Source: a virus. Taken from it: 64,000 nt of DNA. A program made the translations under genes and the position numbers. The notes beneath the pieces are model-generated. The model saw only the letters and a list, made by a program, of their open reading frames with translations. It was not told where the DNA came from and ran no database searches. Shown here piece after piece: positions 39,059 to 47,872 of this stretch. Numbering within the stretch: position 1 is the stretch's first letter; each line of letters starts with the position of its first letter. Location: positions 13,041 through 77,040 of IMG/VR virus record IMGVR_UViG_3300033553_000372, one strand, 5' to 3'.

Positions 39059-39340
39059 TTGAAAACAATAAGTGAAGTATTTAAAGAACAAAACAGAACA
39101 AGATTTAGTGCATTAAAACAAAAACACTTTGATTTTATAATTGCTTATTTAGAGTATAATCAAAATAAAGAGTTTCATGCATTTCATCATGACTTAAATA
39201 GAGTTTTTTTAGACAATAAGCCTGAAATACTAAATGAAGTTGTGTATGAGTATGAAGCAGTTTGTCCAAATAAGAAAAACATTGGAGTAGTTCAAGAATT
39301 TATCTCTAATGTTTTCAATGAATTTAAAAAGCAAGGATAA
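39059..39340 (+). CDS. Hypothetical protein
   Basis: AAGGAG RBS, TTG start. Confidence 0.55.
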   Translation: MKTISEVFKEQNRTRFSALKQKHFDFIIAYLEYNQNKEFHAFHHDLNRVFLDNKPEILNEVVYEYEAVCPNKKNIGVVQEFISNVFNEFKKQG

Positions 39341-39345
39341 TTTAT

Positions 39346-39594
39346 ATGATAATGAAACAACCATTCGGACCATTCTTAAAAGAGATTAGAGAAAAACATA
39401 GTCTTTCACAAGCTCAAATGGCCGATATATTAGGTTTTAATAACTCTCAATCTATAGCAATTCTTGAAGGTGGTAGAAAAATGTTACCACTTCAAAAGTA
39501 TGAATCTTTTTGTAAATTTTTTCACATAAATCTAAAAGAGTTTACTTTTGAAATGTATCAACAAACTTTAGTTTTTAAAGCCAAAGAAGATTAA
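39346..39594 (+). CDS. XRE-family HTH regulator
   Basis: FG..LK.IR....LSQAQMA..LG.....I..LE.G. Confidence 0.8.
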   Translation: MIMKQPFGPFLKEIREKHSLSQAQMADILGFNNSQSIAILEGGRKMLPLQKYESFCKFFHINLKEFTFEMYQQTLVFKAKED

Positions 39595-39633
39595 TTAGTA
39601 GTATAACCCCAATACAAAATATTGGAGAGTTAT

Positions 39634-40233
39634 ATGGATTATATCGAGTTTTTTAAAGGTAAAAAAATTGTAGCAGTTGATGCTGAATGTTTAAGAGATG
39701 TAAAGCCTCCTTTTTCTTTTCAAGCTTCAGAGTATTTAGGTAACGCAGTTACGTGTTCATTAACTAATGATGGTGAATATCGTGATTGGGTAGAATCTAG
39801 AACAATGACTAACTTCTTTTCATACTTAAATTCATTTGATTATGTTGTAGGATATAACACTCTTAATTTTGATTATCCATTATGGGGTGGTGAAGTTAAA
39901 ACTCCAGAACATCTTGCAGCTAGAAAATTATTTCAAACAGCTTTAAAAGGAAAGACAATTGATCTTTGTTTAGACTTTCATAAAGCAGTTGGCCAAAGAG
40001 TAGGTCTTAATTCTGTATCTGTTCCAACGCTTGGTGATATGAAAGAAATGGAAGGTGGATTTGCGCCTCAATTGTGGCGTGAAGGAAAATGTATGGAAGT
40101 AATCCAATATTGTAGGGGTGATGTGAGAAGAACAATGGACCTTTTTATGTTAGTAGTTAATGGTCAAAAATTAAAACATAAGAAAAAAGATGGAAACGTT
40201 ATAGAGTTTTCTTCTAATATTGAGATTAGATAA
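39634..40233 (+). CDS. RNase H-fold 3'-5' exonuclease (DEDDy)
   Basis: VAVDAE, GYN..NFD, YCRGDV; GGAG RBS supports a start at 39634. Confidence 0.8.
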   Translation: MDYIEFFKGKKIVAVDAECLRDVKPPFSFQASEYLGNAVTCSLTNDGEYRDWVESRTMTNFFSYLNSFDYVVGYNTLNFDYPLWGGEVKTPEHLAARKLFQTALKGKTIDLCLDFHKAVGQRVGLNSVSVPTLGDMKEMEGGFAPQLWREGKCMEVIQYCRGDVRRTMDLFMLVVNGQKLKHKKKDGNVIEFSSNIEIR

Positions 40234-40299
40234 TAGCTCTTCCATGAGCCTTAATATCTTCCGTGACATAATATAAGTACATTAAATGAGGAGCTTCAC

Positions 40300-40560
40300 A
40301 TTATTTTTTCAACTTCTGAAATTATATTAATATTTGGTTTTGTTGCCTCATCTATTTATGGATTTAGATTATATATAAGAAACAATGCGTTAACTAATTT
40401 ATATGCCTCATCAAGAGAATATAATTATCATATTATTGAAATGTATAATGTGAACGTTAATACCTTATCAAGATTAATAGATAGTTTAGATGAAACATCA
40501 AAAGCATTATTAAATTGCCAAATAGAACTAATGAAAGAAAAATCTAACAATAAAGTGTAA
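40300..40560 (+). CDS. Putative membrane-anchored protein with non-canonical ATT start (86 aa)
   Basis: GAGGAG at 40288-40293, then ATT; open frame with N-terminal TM (IILIFGFVASSIYGF) and coiled coil. Confidence 0.5.
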   Translation: MIFSTSEIILIFGFVASSIYGFRLYIRNNALTNLYASSREYNYHIIEMYNVNVNTLSRLIDSLDETSKALLNCQIELMKEKSNNKV

Positions 40561-40586
40561 AAATCTCTGCAAAGGAGATAAATACC

Positions 40587-40841
40587 ATGGATGGTATCGA
40601 AAAAAGTTCTCTTATCGCTCTTAATAATAAAAAAATTAGAGAGCTTGAAAGAAAAAATCAAATTTATCGTTTAGCTTTAGAGAATTATGCTAACCCGCTA
40701 TATCCATATGATAATGGAGAATTAGCCAGACAGTCCTTATTAAAATCAAGTAACAAAAAATATAAACCAAAACGATTAGATGATTGTACTTTTGATGTAA
40801 GCTATTTACAATTTAATCTATTTGGAGAGACAGATGAATAA
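40587..40841 (+). CDS. Hypothetical protein
   Basis: AAGGAG RBS. Confidence 0.55.
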   Translation: MDGIEKSSLIALNNKKIRELERKNQIYRLALENYANPLYPYDNGELARQSLLKSSNKKYKPKRLDDCTFDVSYLQFNLFGETDE

Positions 40842-41460
40842 ACTAAAAGCTGATAAAAATGATTTGATTAACTTTTCTATATCCAAACTAAAGGATTACG
40901 AAGGTTGTCCAGACGCCTCAAAGCTCTTGTTTAAGCATTTTGGAGACCAAGTTGATAGTCTATTCAACCACGAACAATACGTCCTCAAGCTTATATTAGA
41001 ACATAATAAGCCTCATTGGGCTATTAATTTTATTCTTAATTTGATTCATGAAGAGTATAGATTAAAGTTCTTTAATTTAGTTTTCAAAGACTGTTTAGAT
41101 GAAATAAAAGATAAGAACTTATTGAAAGAATTAAAGAAAGGATTAAAGGCCCTAAAGAATAATGAAGACTACGAATTAAAAGATATGATGGCTAAAAAGA
41201 AATTTGAAGCCGAAACCTTAGAGCAAGATATTCTTTTAAACGAAGAGAAGTATAATTTCATTATGTTTCAAATAAAAACGATTGAGTCATTAATGAATTT
41301 ATTATGTGATAAAGAAAAGAGATACACTCGCTCTCTAACTCTTGCTCTATCTAAAATTGCAGATGCAAAAAGCTATTTAGATATTTCTACTGCTAATGAA
41401 AACCTTAACAATAAACAAATAGCTCTTAAATTATTAGATTATTCAGGAATATTTAAATGA
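40834..41460 (+). CDS. Hypothetical protein
   Basis: GGAG RBS, helical. Confidence 0.6.
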   Translation: MNKLKADKNDLINFSISKLKDYEGCPDASKLLFKHFGDQVDSLFNHEQYVLKLILEHNKPHWAINFILNLIHEEYRLKFFNLVFKDCLDEIKDKNLLKELKKGLKALKNNEDYELKDMMAKKKFEAETLEQDILLNEEKYNFIMFQIKTIESLMNLLCDKEKRYTRSLTLALSKIADAKSYLDISTANENLNNKQIALKLLDYSGIFK

Positions 41461-41702
41461 AAGTAAAAGATAGACTAAGGAATGGTCTTCATTTAAGAGA
41501 TGCTTTACAAAGTAAATCAAATGCTAAGATGATTATTAATGGCCACGAAATATTAGTTAAAGACTATATGTTAGATCCACAAAAATATAATTCTCTTCCA
41601 ATGGCTAAAGAATATGTGGAAGAAATAATCCAAACATGTGAACAAAACAAACTAGACAAAGCTAAAATTATTGAATTAAATCATTATGAAAGTCTAGAAT
41701 AA
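41457..41702 (+). CDS. Hypothetical protein
   Basis: ATGA coupling. Confidence 0.55.
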   Translation: MKVKDRLRNGLHLRDALQSKSNAKMIINGHEILVKDYMLDPQKYNSLPMAKEYVEEIIQTCEQNKLDKAKIIELNHYESLE

Positions 41703-41753
41703 AGTTATTTTAAAAATAGAGTACTATTGCTTTTATAATAAAGGAGCAATAGT

Positions 41754-42044
41754 ATGGACATCGATAAATTTAATGAAGAAATTGGTAAAGTTATGGTCTC
41801 TCTTGGAGAAGACTTAATTGTTATTGATGATTCAAAACAATATGAAGAAGTAATTCCTAAGATGGATTTAGTTATTGAAAATGCTAAGGCTGCTGTAGAT
41901 TCTATCTATAACCTATGTAAAACAAAACAAATTACTGCAACAGGTCCTCAAGTATTTTCTGAGTTTGTTTTGCAAGCCTCACTATTATTAGTAAAATATA
42001 ACAACATGTCTGAAATAATAACAAATGGAGAAGAAAATGCTTAA
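41754..42044 (+). CDS. Hypothetical protein
   Basis: AAGGAG RBS. Confidence 0.6.
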   Translation: MDIDKFNEEIGKVMVSLGEDLIVIDDSKQYEEVIPKMDLVIENAKAAVDSIYNLCKTKQITATGPQVFSEFVLQASLLLVKYNNMSEIITNGEENA

Positions 42045-42477
42045 TGAAACAGAAGTAGAATCAAATAATAATCAACCAATTCCAGATGCTCCGGTAACAA
42101 ATGTTCGACCACCTAAAATTGAAGAGTCTGAAGTAAAAGAAGCTTTAATTTTTGAATTAACAGATTCAGAGATTCTAAAAATAGCTAAATCAACTTCTCT
42201 TTTGGCCGTTCTTCAAAGAGAAAAAGAATCTTCTTTAAAGAATATTGTGGAAGATAAGAAAGAAGAAATTAAAGGAATTATTTCAGATATTAAAATCAAT
42301 CACAAATTAATTGAAACTGGAAAACAAGGTCGATTAGTTGATTGCATTAAAAGAATCGACTTTGATCGTAAGATTGTTCAATGGTTATTTGCTGGTGTGG
42401 TAATGAAAGAGAGAAGCTTAGAGTCTTATGAAACGCCTCGTCCACAAGACAATACTACCTCTTCTGTTAATCAATAA
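42037..42477 (+). CDS. Hypothetical coiled-coil protein
   Basis: GGAG RBS before ATG 42037. Confidence 0.6.
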   Translation: MLNETEVESNNNQPIPDAPVTNVRPPKIEESEVKEALIFELTDSEILKIAKSTSLLAVLQREKESSLKNIVEDKKEEIKGIISDIKINHKLIETGKQGRLVDCIKRIDFDRKIVQWLFAGVVMKERSLESYETPRPQDNTTSSVNQ

Positions 42478-42486
42478 GGATATAAT

Positions 42487-42702
42487 ATGAAATATGTTGT
42501 TAATGGTTATATTCCATTTGAAGTTGAAATAGAGGCCTTATCTCCAGAAGAAGCTAAAACTCAAGCAATGGATCTATTTGATGCGGCTGAGTATGTTTCT
42601 TATAATGAGGTTAATCCAATTTTTAAAAGCGTAGCGCTATCTGACTCTGAAGAAGTAGAAGAAATAATTGAAGAAGATGAAGACTCAGAATATGATGATT
42701 AA
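42487..42702 (+). CDS. Small acidic protein
   Basis: AAGGA RBS; very acidic C-terminus. Confidence 0.6.
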   Translation: MKYVVNGYIPFEVEIEALSPEEAKTQAMDLFDAAEYVSYNEVNPIFKSVALSDSEEVEEIIEEDEDSEYDD

Positions 42703-42883
42703 AAATGCAGCAGCAATATTTCTATTTTCTCTAATTAGTATGTACTATTGTATGGTAGTTCCTTCTTTGTTGGATTCAAATAGTTATATTTTATTCTTTA
42801 TTGGAATGATCAGCATTTCTCTCGTTATCTTTTTAATTTTAAAAAGTGTTTATTTATATTTAAGAAAGTATTTTTATATTTAA
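42692..42883 (+). CDS. Small two-TM membrane protein
   Basis: Two hydrophobic helices, basic C-terminus; start uncertain. Confidence 0.55.
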   Translation: MMIKNAAAIFLFSLISMYYCMVVPSLLDSNSYILFFIGMISISLVIFLILKSVYLYLRKYFYI

Positions 42884-42912
42884 TGAGCCTTTCACACACG
42901 ACTAAATATGGC

Positions 42913-42947
42913 AAATAGCCTTAATCTAAAAAATTAAGGCTATTTTT
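42913..42947 (+). terminator. Intrinsic terminator-like hairpin
   Basis: AAATAGCCTTAAT-N7-ATTAAGGCTATTT, 13-bp stem ending in Ts. Confidence 0.7.
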
Positions 42948-42962
42948 ACAAAGGAGTCCATA

Positions 42963-43322
42963 ATGATGGCATTAGTTTTTTCTCTCTGTTTTAATGTTAA
43001 TCCAACTTTAATGAAATCTGTAATGAGAGTTGAATCTAACTTTCAAGAATCTGCAATATCTTCTGGTGGAGACTATGGCCTTATGCAAATAAGATTAAAT
43101 ACAGCAAAGCATTTCTGTAATATTAAAAATATTCCAACACTTATGAATCCATATAACAATGTAGAATGTGGATGTAAGATACTACACTCTCTTTCTAAGA
43201 GATATAAAGGAAAAGTTCCATTAATAATTTCAGCTTATAATGCTGGAACAGCTACCTCAACTAATAAAGAATATGTTAAACTAGTTTTAAAATATAAGGA
43301 CCTATATGCAAGAACAAATTAA
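42963..43322 (+). CDS. Lytic transglycosylase (SLT domain)
   Basis: VESNF, GLMQI, AYNAG, YV motifs. Confidence 0.88.
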   Translation: MMALVFSLCFNVNPTLMKSVMRVESNFQESAISSGGDYGLMQIRLNTAKHFCNIKNIPTLMNPYNNVECGCKILHSLSKRYKGKVPLIISAYNAGTATSTNKEYVKLVLKYKDLYARTN

Positions 43323-43563
43323 TTTACTAAAAGCTAAAAATCTAGACCTCAAAAGAGAAAACTCTACCAAAACAGAAATTATTAAATCAATTTCACCTAA
43401 GCTTCAAGGTTATAAAAATAGAGACTGGCATCTTTTTAAATCTCTTAATGAGATAATGAATAACCCAGATATAGATAAAGCAAAATCAGATATGAAAGTA
43501 TTAATCGCCAATATGAAAGCAGGTATAACTAGTAACCTTTTGGTAGATAATGGATTCGAATAA
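43306..43563 (+). CDS. Hypothetical protein
   Basis: AAGGA RBS, overlapping operon. Confidence 0.5.
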   Translation: MQEQINLLKAKNLDLKRENSTKTEIIKSISPKLQGYKNRDWHLFKSLNEIMNNPDIDKAKSDMKVLIANMKAGITSNLLVDNGFE

Positions 43564-43732
43564 TGTTATATTCATATTAGAAGCTAAGCTTATTACTAAT
43601 TGTGAGAAATGTTCTGCCCCAATGAAAGGAAACTACGACCCATCAAAATCTTTCTTAGTTTCATTTAAGTGTGTCGGTTGCTCTAATGAAAAAGAATTAG
43701 AGTTTGAGGTAAATAATGAGAAAACAATTTAA
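43550..43732 (+). CDS. Small zinc-ribbon protein
   Basis: CEKC...CVGC. Confidence 0.55.
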   Translation: MDSNNVIFILEAKLITNCEKCSAPMKGNYDPSKSFLVSFKCVGCSNEKELEFEVNNEKTI

Positions 43733-43934
43733 TCTAAAAGTTCCTAGATTCGATCCTTTTAAAAATGTTTTTATTGGTATAGATTCTATAACGAAAATCT
43801 GCACTAAATGTGGTAAAGATAAACCTCTATCTTATGAGACTTACTGTAAAGATAGCCAAAGAGAATATGGATTCAAATCTCAATGCAGACAGTGTGGTAA
43901 AGATTATTATAAAAACTATAAAGAGATCAAATGA
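43716..43934 (+). CDS. Small zinc-finger protein
   Basis: K.CTKCG..KP...CRQC; GAGG RBS. Confidence 0.6.
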   Translation: MRKQFNLKVPRFDPFKNVFIGIDSITKICTKCGKDKPLSYETYCKDSQREYGFKSQCRQCGKDYYKNYKEIK

Positions 43935-43953
43935 ATTAAAAAGGAAGTGAGTG

Positions 43954-44304
43954 ATGGATGTTTACTATAAAGAATCCACAATTAGTGGTGTTGAATACGT
44001 AACTAAACAAGACATGGAAAATGAATGTATTCATAGAGAAAAAGAAATCCAAAAACTAAAAGAAGAAGTTAATTTTGATGGATTTAAAAACTTGAAATCC
44101 GCAAATGAAAATATCAAAAAAGAGAACGATTCTTTATTTTCTAAAAATGTCATACTCAAAGAGCAGTTAAAAAGAGAAAGGGAATGCGTGGATGAGGCAA
44201 TTTTCAATATAGAAAGAATGCTTGAAAGCGATGAAGTGATAATTCATAGCAATGCCCAAGATTTTTTACTTAGGGTCAAGTTAACCCAACAGCAAAGGAA
44301 GTGA
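43954..44304 (+). CDS. Hypothetical coiled-coil protein flanked by direct repeats
   Basis: AAGGA RBS; flanked by AAAGGAAGTGAG(T/A)GATG. Confidence 0.55.
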   Translation: MDVYYKESTISGVEYVTKQDMENECIHREKEIQKLKEEVNFDGFKNLKSANENIKKENDSLFSKNVILKEQLKRERECVDEAIFNIERMLESDEVIIHSNAQDFLLRVKLTQQQRK

Positions 44305-44307
44305 GAG

Positions 44308-44439
44308 ATGCAAGCCAGTAAAGCAAGTGGTTTAAAATTTAAACTATTCAAATATAAAATTAGAATCTGGAAATATGGATGGGAATATTCTGACGGAATG
44401 GTCGGGAGAGTTTTCTTTTTCCCGTGGAGGATTAAATGA
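44308..44439 (+). CDS. Small hypothetical protein (43 aa)
   Basis: AAGGA RBS; ATGA-coupled to the next gene. Confidence 0.45.
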   Translation: MQASKASGLKFKLFKYKIRIWKYGWEYSDGMVGRVFFFPWRIK

Positions 44440-44816
44440 AAACAAAAATCAAATGTGGTGATAATATTTTATTTAGAGAACTAGAAGGAGAAGTAGTTCA
44501 ATTCATAAGCCATTATCCAAAATGTAATCTAAGAAAATGTAAAACCTTTAGAATAAACTTTTACATAGATGATATTGATCTAGAATTTAAAGTAACAAAG
44601 AATGGATATAAAATCATTACCTCTAATTCTCCTAAATGGTTAATCAATTCAACTTATAAACCAAAAGAGTTCCATATTCTTTTTAGACCCGGCAACGGTA
44701 TGAAAGATTATCTCAACTATAAAGAAATCAAAGACTATTTAAGCTCAATACAAGACTGGAAAAATCCAGGACTAATAAGAGCTAAAGCTACTATATTATT
44801 AAGAAAATACAAATGA
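44436..44816 (+). CDS. Hypothetical protein
   Basis: GGAGG RBS. Confidence 0.6.
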   Translation: MKTKIKCGDNILFRELEGEVVQFISHYPKCNLRKCKTFRINFYIDDIDLEFKVTKNGYKIITSNSPKWLINSTYKPKEFHILFRPGNGMKDYLNYKEIKDYLSSIQDWKNPGLIRAKATILLRKYK

Positions 44817-45178
44817 GTATCAAACTATCCATAAGCAAATATTTCAGACACAAATTAGAATATAATCATTCAAAAAGCTTCAAGTATATCCAAATAGGTT
44901 GGCTTTATTTATATATAACAATAGAGTGGTAAATCCAATATAATAAATATTCCCATAATGGAAGCTTTTCTCTAATATCCCACAATATTATTTCATTTAA
45001 ATGTTCCTCATCTATTGAATAAAATAAATCATAATGAACAACTAAATTAACGACTGCACAAATTCATCAAAAATATCACATGTATTATTAATAACTTATA
45101 AATTTAAATGAACTAATAGACTAGAATACAAATAGATCGCTTAAATCCAATAGACTCATTAAGACCAAATATAATCCA

Positions 45179-45228
45179 AATAGGCCCAAAAATTAAAACC
45201 TTTAATCTAATAGGCCCAAAAATTAAAA
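45179..45228. repeat. 20-bp direct repeat AATAGGCCCAAAAATTAAAA x2 (30-bp period)
   Basis: Copies at 45179-45198 and 45209-45228 in a non-coding stretch. Confidence 0.85.
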
Positions 45229-45296
45229 AGTCCTATATCAGGACATATGAGCCCTCGAATTAAAAGCATTTTCTCTAAATCAAGTAATAAACAAAT

Positions 45297-45737
45297 ATGC
45301 CAAATCAATATACGAATAAACCTGGATTAACGGTCAAACAAATTAATGAAGCATATTATTATTATTCATTTGGTAGAATGAGCTGTAAAGATGTGGCCAT
45401 AAAATTTGGGGTATCGAGAGGATCAATATTTAATTATTTCAAACGCTTAGGTCTCAAAACTAGACCTCTCAAATATAAACTAAAAGATAATCCATTCATT
45501 GAGTATAAAGGAATGAAATACTATAAAGATAATTATGGATCATATCGTGCTTCAACTAAAGCAAGAATACCTTTACATAAGGCTATCTGGATTGATAATC
45601 ACGGTCCCTTACAAGGACGAGAAATTGTTTCCTTTATAGACGGTGATAAGAACAATATAGTATTAGAGAACTTATTTATAACGACACGTATGGCCTTGAT
45701 GGATAAGGCACATAAAACCAAAGGTAAAAAAGAATGA
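45297..45737 (+). CDS. HTH plus degenerate HNH endonuclease-like protein
   Basis: VAIKFGVSRGSI HTH; LHKAIW...VSFIDGDKNN..LENL, with the catalytic His absent. Confidence 0.65.
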   Translation: MPNQYTNKPGLTVKQINEAYYYYSFGRMSCKDVAIKFGVSRGSIFNYFKRLGLKTRPLKYKLKDNPFIEYKGMKYYKDNYGSYRASTKARIPLHKAIWIDNHGPLQGREIVSFIDGDKNNIVLENLFITTRMALMDKAHKTKGKKE

Positions 45738-46027
45738 AAATGCTTTATTTAATTAGCCAAAATGATAATAATCATTATGATACGTATGATTCTGCTATTG
45801 TTTGTGCTGAATCTGAAGAGCAAGCAAGAACAATATCACCATCTTCTTTTTATGTTTGGGATGAAAGTATTAAAAGTTGGTGCTTTCATTTTAATAATGG
45901 ACTAATGAAACTTGAAATAATGAACTCATGGGTTGATGATTTAAGCTTAATTACAGTTAAGTGCATCGGAAAAGCAGATAAGTCGGTAGATATTGGTGTG
46001 GTCTGTGCTTCATATAACGCAGGATAA
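45734..46027 (+). CDS. Phage hypothetical protein
   Basis: YDTYDSAIVCAESEEQAR...GVVCASYNAG pattern; ATGA coupling. Confidence 0.6.
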   Translation: MKMLYLISQNDNNHYDTYDSAIVCAESEEQARTISPSSFYVWDESIKSWCFHFNNGLMKLEIMNSWVDDLSLITVKCIGKADKSVDIGVVCASYNAG

Positions 46028-46089
46028 CAATAACTTATAAACTAAAGTGTCACCGCTGGCTAGGTAGAAATAGAATTTAAGGATAAAAT

Positions 46090-46461
46090 GTGACCAGAAT
46101 TAATCTAATTGACCCATCTGAATTGAATACTAAACATCTTGTAGCAGAATATAGAGAGATTACTAGATTGCCGGGTAATTTAAAACAATCGCTCAATAGA
46201 ATATCAAAACCTTTTTCTCTAATTGAGATACCTCAACAATATGTATTAGGACCCGGCCATGTTAAGTTCTTCTACAATAAGATGAGATTCTTAGAGAAAA
46301 GATTTATTGCTTTAGTTAATGAGATGCTTAATCGCGGATATAAGCCAACTCATACTGATCCATCTATCTTTCAAGTTGATGATATGTTCTATAAAGACTA
46401 CGAACCAGATGAAGTATCTATTGCTTTAAATAAACAAAGAATCAAAGAGAGAACTAAATGA
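46090..46461 (+). CDS. denV: Pyrimidine dimer DNA glycosylase / endonuclease V
   Basis: MTRINL (catalytic Thr2), HL.AEYRE (Glu23), LG.GHV.FFY.K..FL.KR, as in T4 DenV. Confidence 0.92.
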   Translation: MTRINLIDPSELNTKHLVAEYREITRLPGNLKQSLNRISKPFSLIEIPQQYVLGPGHVKFFYNKMRFLEKRFIALVNEMLNRGYKPTHTDPSIFQVDDMFYKDYEPDEVSIALNKQRIKERTK

Positions 46462-46667
46462 CATTAGATGAAATTGTTAAACATTATCTTTTTGAATATA
46501 AAGGCAAAAGATACTGTGTTCAACGAACCGTTAAGATCAAGAGTCCAGTTCCAAGTCGTTGGTTTGATGGTATCTTATATAGACCAGAATATGATGGTGA
46601 AGTTGATTCAACTCAATTTTATGTGAGACCATATCAAGACTTTATTGAAAAGTTTAAACCAGTATGA
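46458..46667 (+). CDS. Small SH3-like protein (DUF1653-like)
   Basis: YKG..Y...LY...YVRP..DF..KF. Confidence 0.5.
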   Translation: MTLDEIVKHYLFEYKGKRYCVQRTVKIKSPVPSRWFDGILYRPEYDGEVDSTQFYVRPYQDFIEKFKPV

Positions 46668-46762
46668 AAATCGCAATCATCATTTTATCATTTATAGCCT
46701 TACATCTCATTATGAGTATCTATAAAGATAAGATTATAGCAGAAATAAAGAGACACAAATGA
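46664..46762 (+). CDS. Small TM peptide (32 aa)
   Basis: ATGA-coupled on both sides; MKIAIIILSFIALHLIMSIY. Confidence 0.45.
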   Translation: MKIAIIILSFIALHLIMSIYKDKIIAEIKRHK

Positions 46763-46902
46763 GAGCACAAATAACTGGATTCAATAATCTTAAATTAAAA
46801 CATATTGCAAGATTAACAATTCTTCTAAGACTTAAAGGCTATAAGTATAATGTTACAAAGCAACCAATTAATGGTTATCAAATAACATGGAGTAAAAAGT
46901 AA
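46759..46902 (+). CDS. Small basic protein (47 aa)
   Basis: ATGA and TAATG coupling with its neighbours. Confidence 0.45.
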   Translation: MRAQITGFNNLKLKHIARLTILLRLKGYKYNVTKQPINGYQITWSKK

Positions 46903-47102
46903 TGGGACACATGATCTATCCAAAAGAGAAGTTGACAGCAGTAAAATTTGATGAATTCAAAGGCTCACGTATCTTTGGCATCTGGGAAGTAGATGAGGAT
47001 AATAATAATCTTGGTGATAGACCTTTAGTTTCGTTTGGTAAAGGCAAAGCAAAAGCTATAGTAAAACACATAGAAGAATTGCAAGAGTTTATCGACGAAT
47101 AG
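46902..47102 (+). CDS. Hypothetical protein
   Basis: GGAG RBS; EFKG...SFGKGKAKAI pattern. Confidence 0.6.
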   Translation: MGHMIYPKEKLTAVKFDEFKGSRIFGIWEVDEDNNNLGDRPLVSFGKGKAKAIVKHIEELQEFIDE

Positions 47103-47110
47103 GAGTTATT

Positions 47111-47830
47111 ATGATAGTTGATTTTTTTAAGGCAGCAGTACAAGATAGAAAGCCCACAGTTAAAACTAATCAGTTAAAATGTGGACCATTTCTACAAGAT
47201 GAGTTAGTTTTATTAGTTACTAGAATTAAAAATGATTACCACATTATAGACTTTCATGCATCACGGCCAGACAAAAGTGGCCAATGTAAAACTTTATATG
47301 GTGAGTTTGAATGGAAGAAAGGTTTTCCTTATATCGATGTTGGACACAAACAGCCTCTTGAAGTAGTAGAAATCGTTAAGTATAGCAACCAACAACAAAG
47401 AAATGAATTCATCAAACAGATTCAACAAAAGTATGGTGATAAAATGTTTGGTTATATTGAGCCAAATGCTGAAGTGAAAGAATTAACTGCTCCTTCGCCT
47501 ATCAAATTAGACTTTTGTGAGAAGAATGCTGAACCAGCTTTTAGACCAGAGTATTCAAATGATCATCATATCCATATTATCTTAGGTGGATACTTAGATC
47601 GTAATCATCGACTATTGGATACAAAAGAACTTCATAAGAGAATTAGAGCAAAAGATGAAGAAATAGCTGCGCTAAAAAATATTATTTTAAATCAAAATGA
47701 TGAAGGAGCCAAACAATCAGCAAGAGATGTTTGGTACACTAAGTTCCATGATATAGTTAAAGAAGAACATCTGTCTCCTTTACAATATAAGAAAATAAAT
47801 GAATTCATGTTTAGTGAGTATGATAGATAA
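47111..47830 (+). CDS. Hypothetical protein
   Basis: AGGAG RBS, 239 aa. Confidence 0.65.
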   Translation: MIVDFFKAAVQDRKPTVKTNQLKCGPFLQDELVLLVTRIKNDYHIIDFHASRPDKSGQCKTLYGEFEWKKGFPYIDVGHKQPLEVVEIVKYSNQQQRNEFIKQIQQKYGDKMFGYIEPNAEVKELTAPSPIKLDFCEKNAEPAFRPEYSNDHHIHIILGGYLDRNHRLLDTKELHKRIRAKDEEIAALKNIILNQNDEGAKQSARDVWYTKFHDIVKEEHLSPLQYKKINEFMFSEYDR

Positions 47831-47872
47831 AATTGTAAAGATGAAACATTAACCCTAAATAGGAGATTCAAC

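Noticed and set aside
45100-45244. CRISPR array
   Set aside because: Only two 20-bp copies with a 10-bp gap; no spacer-sized unique sequences and no cas genes.
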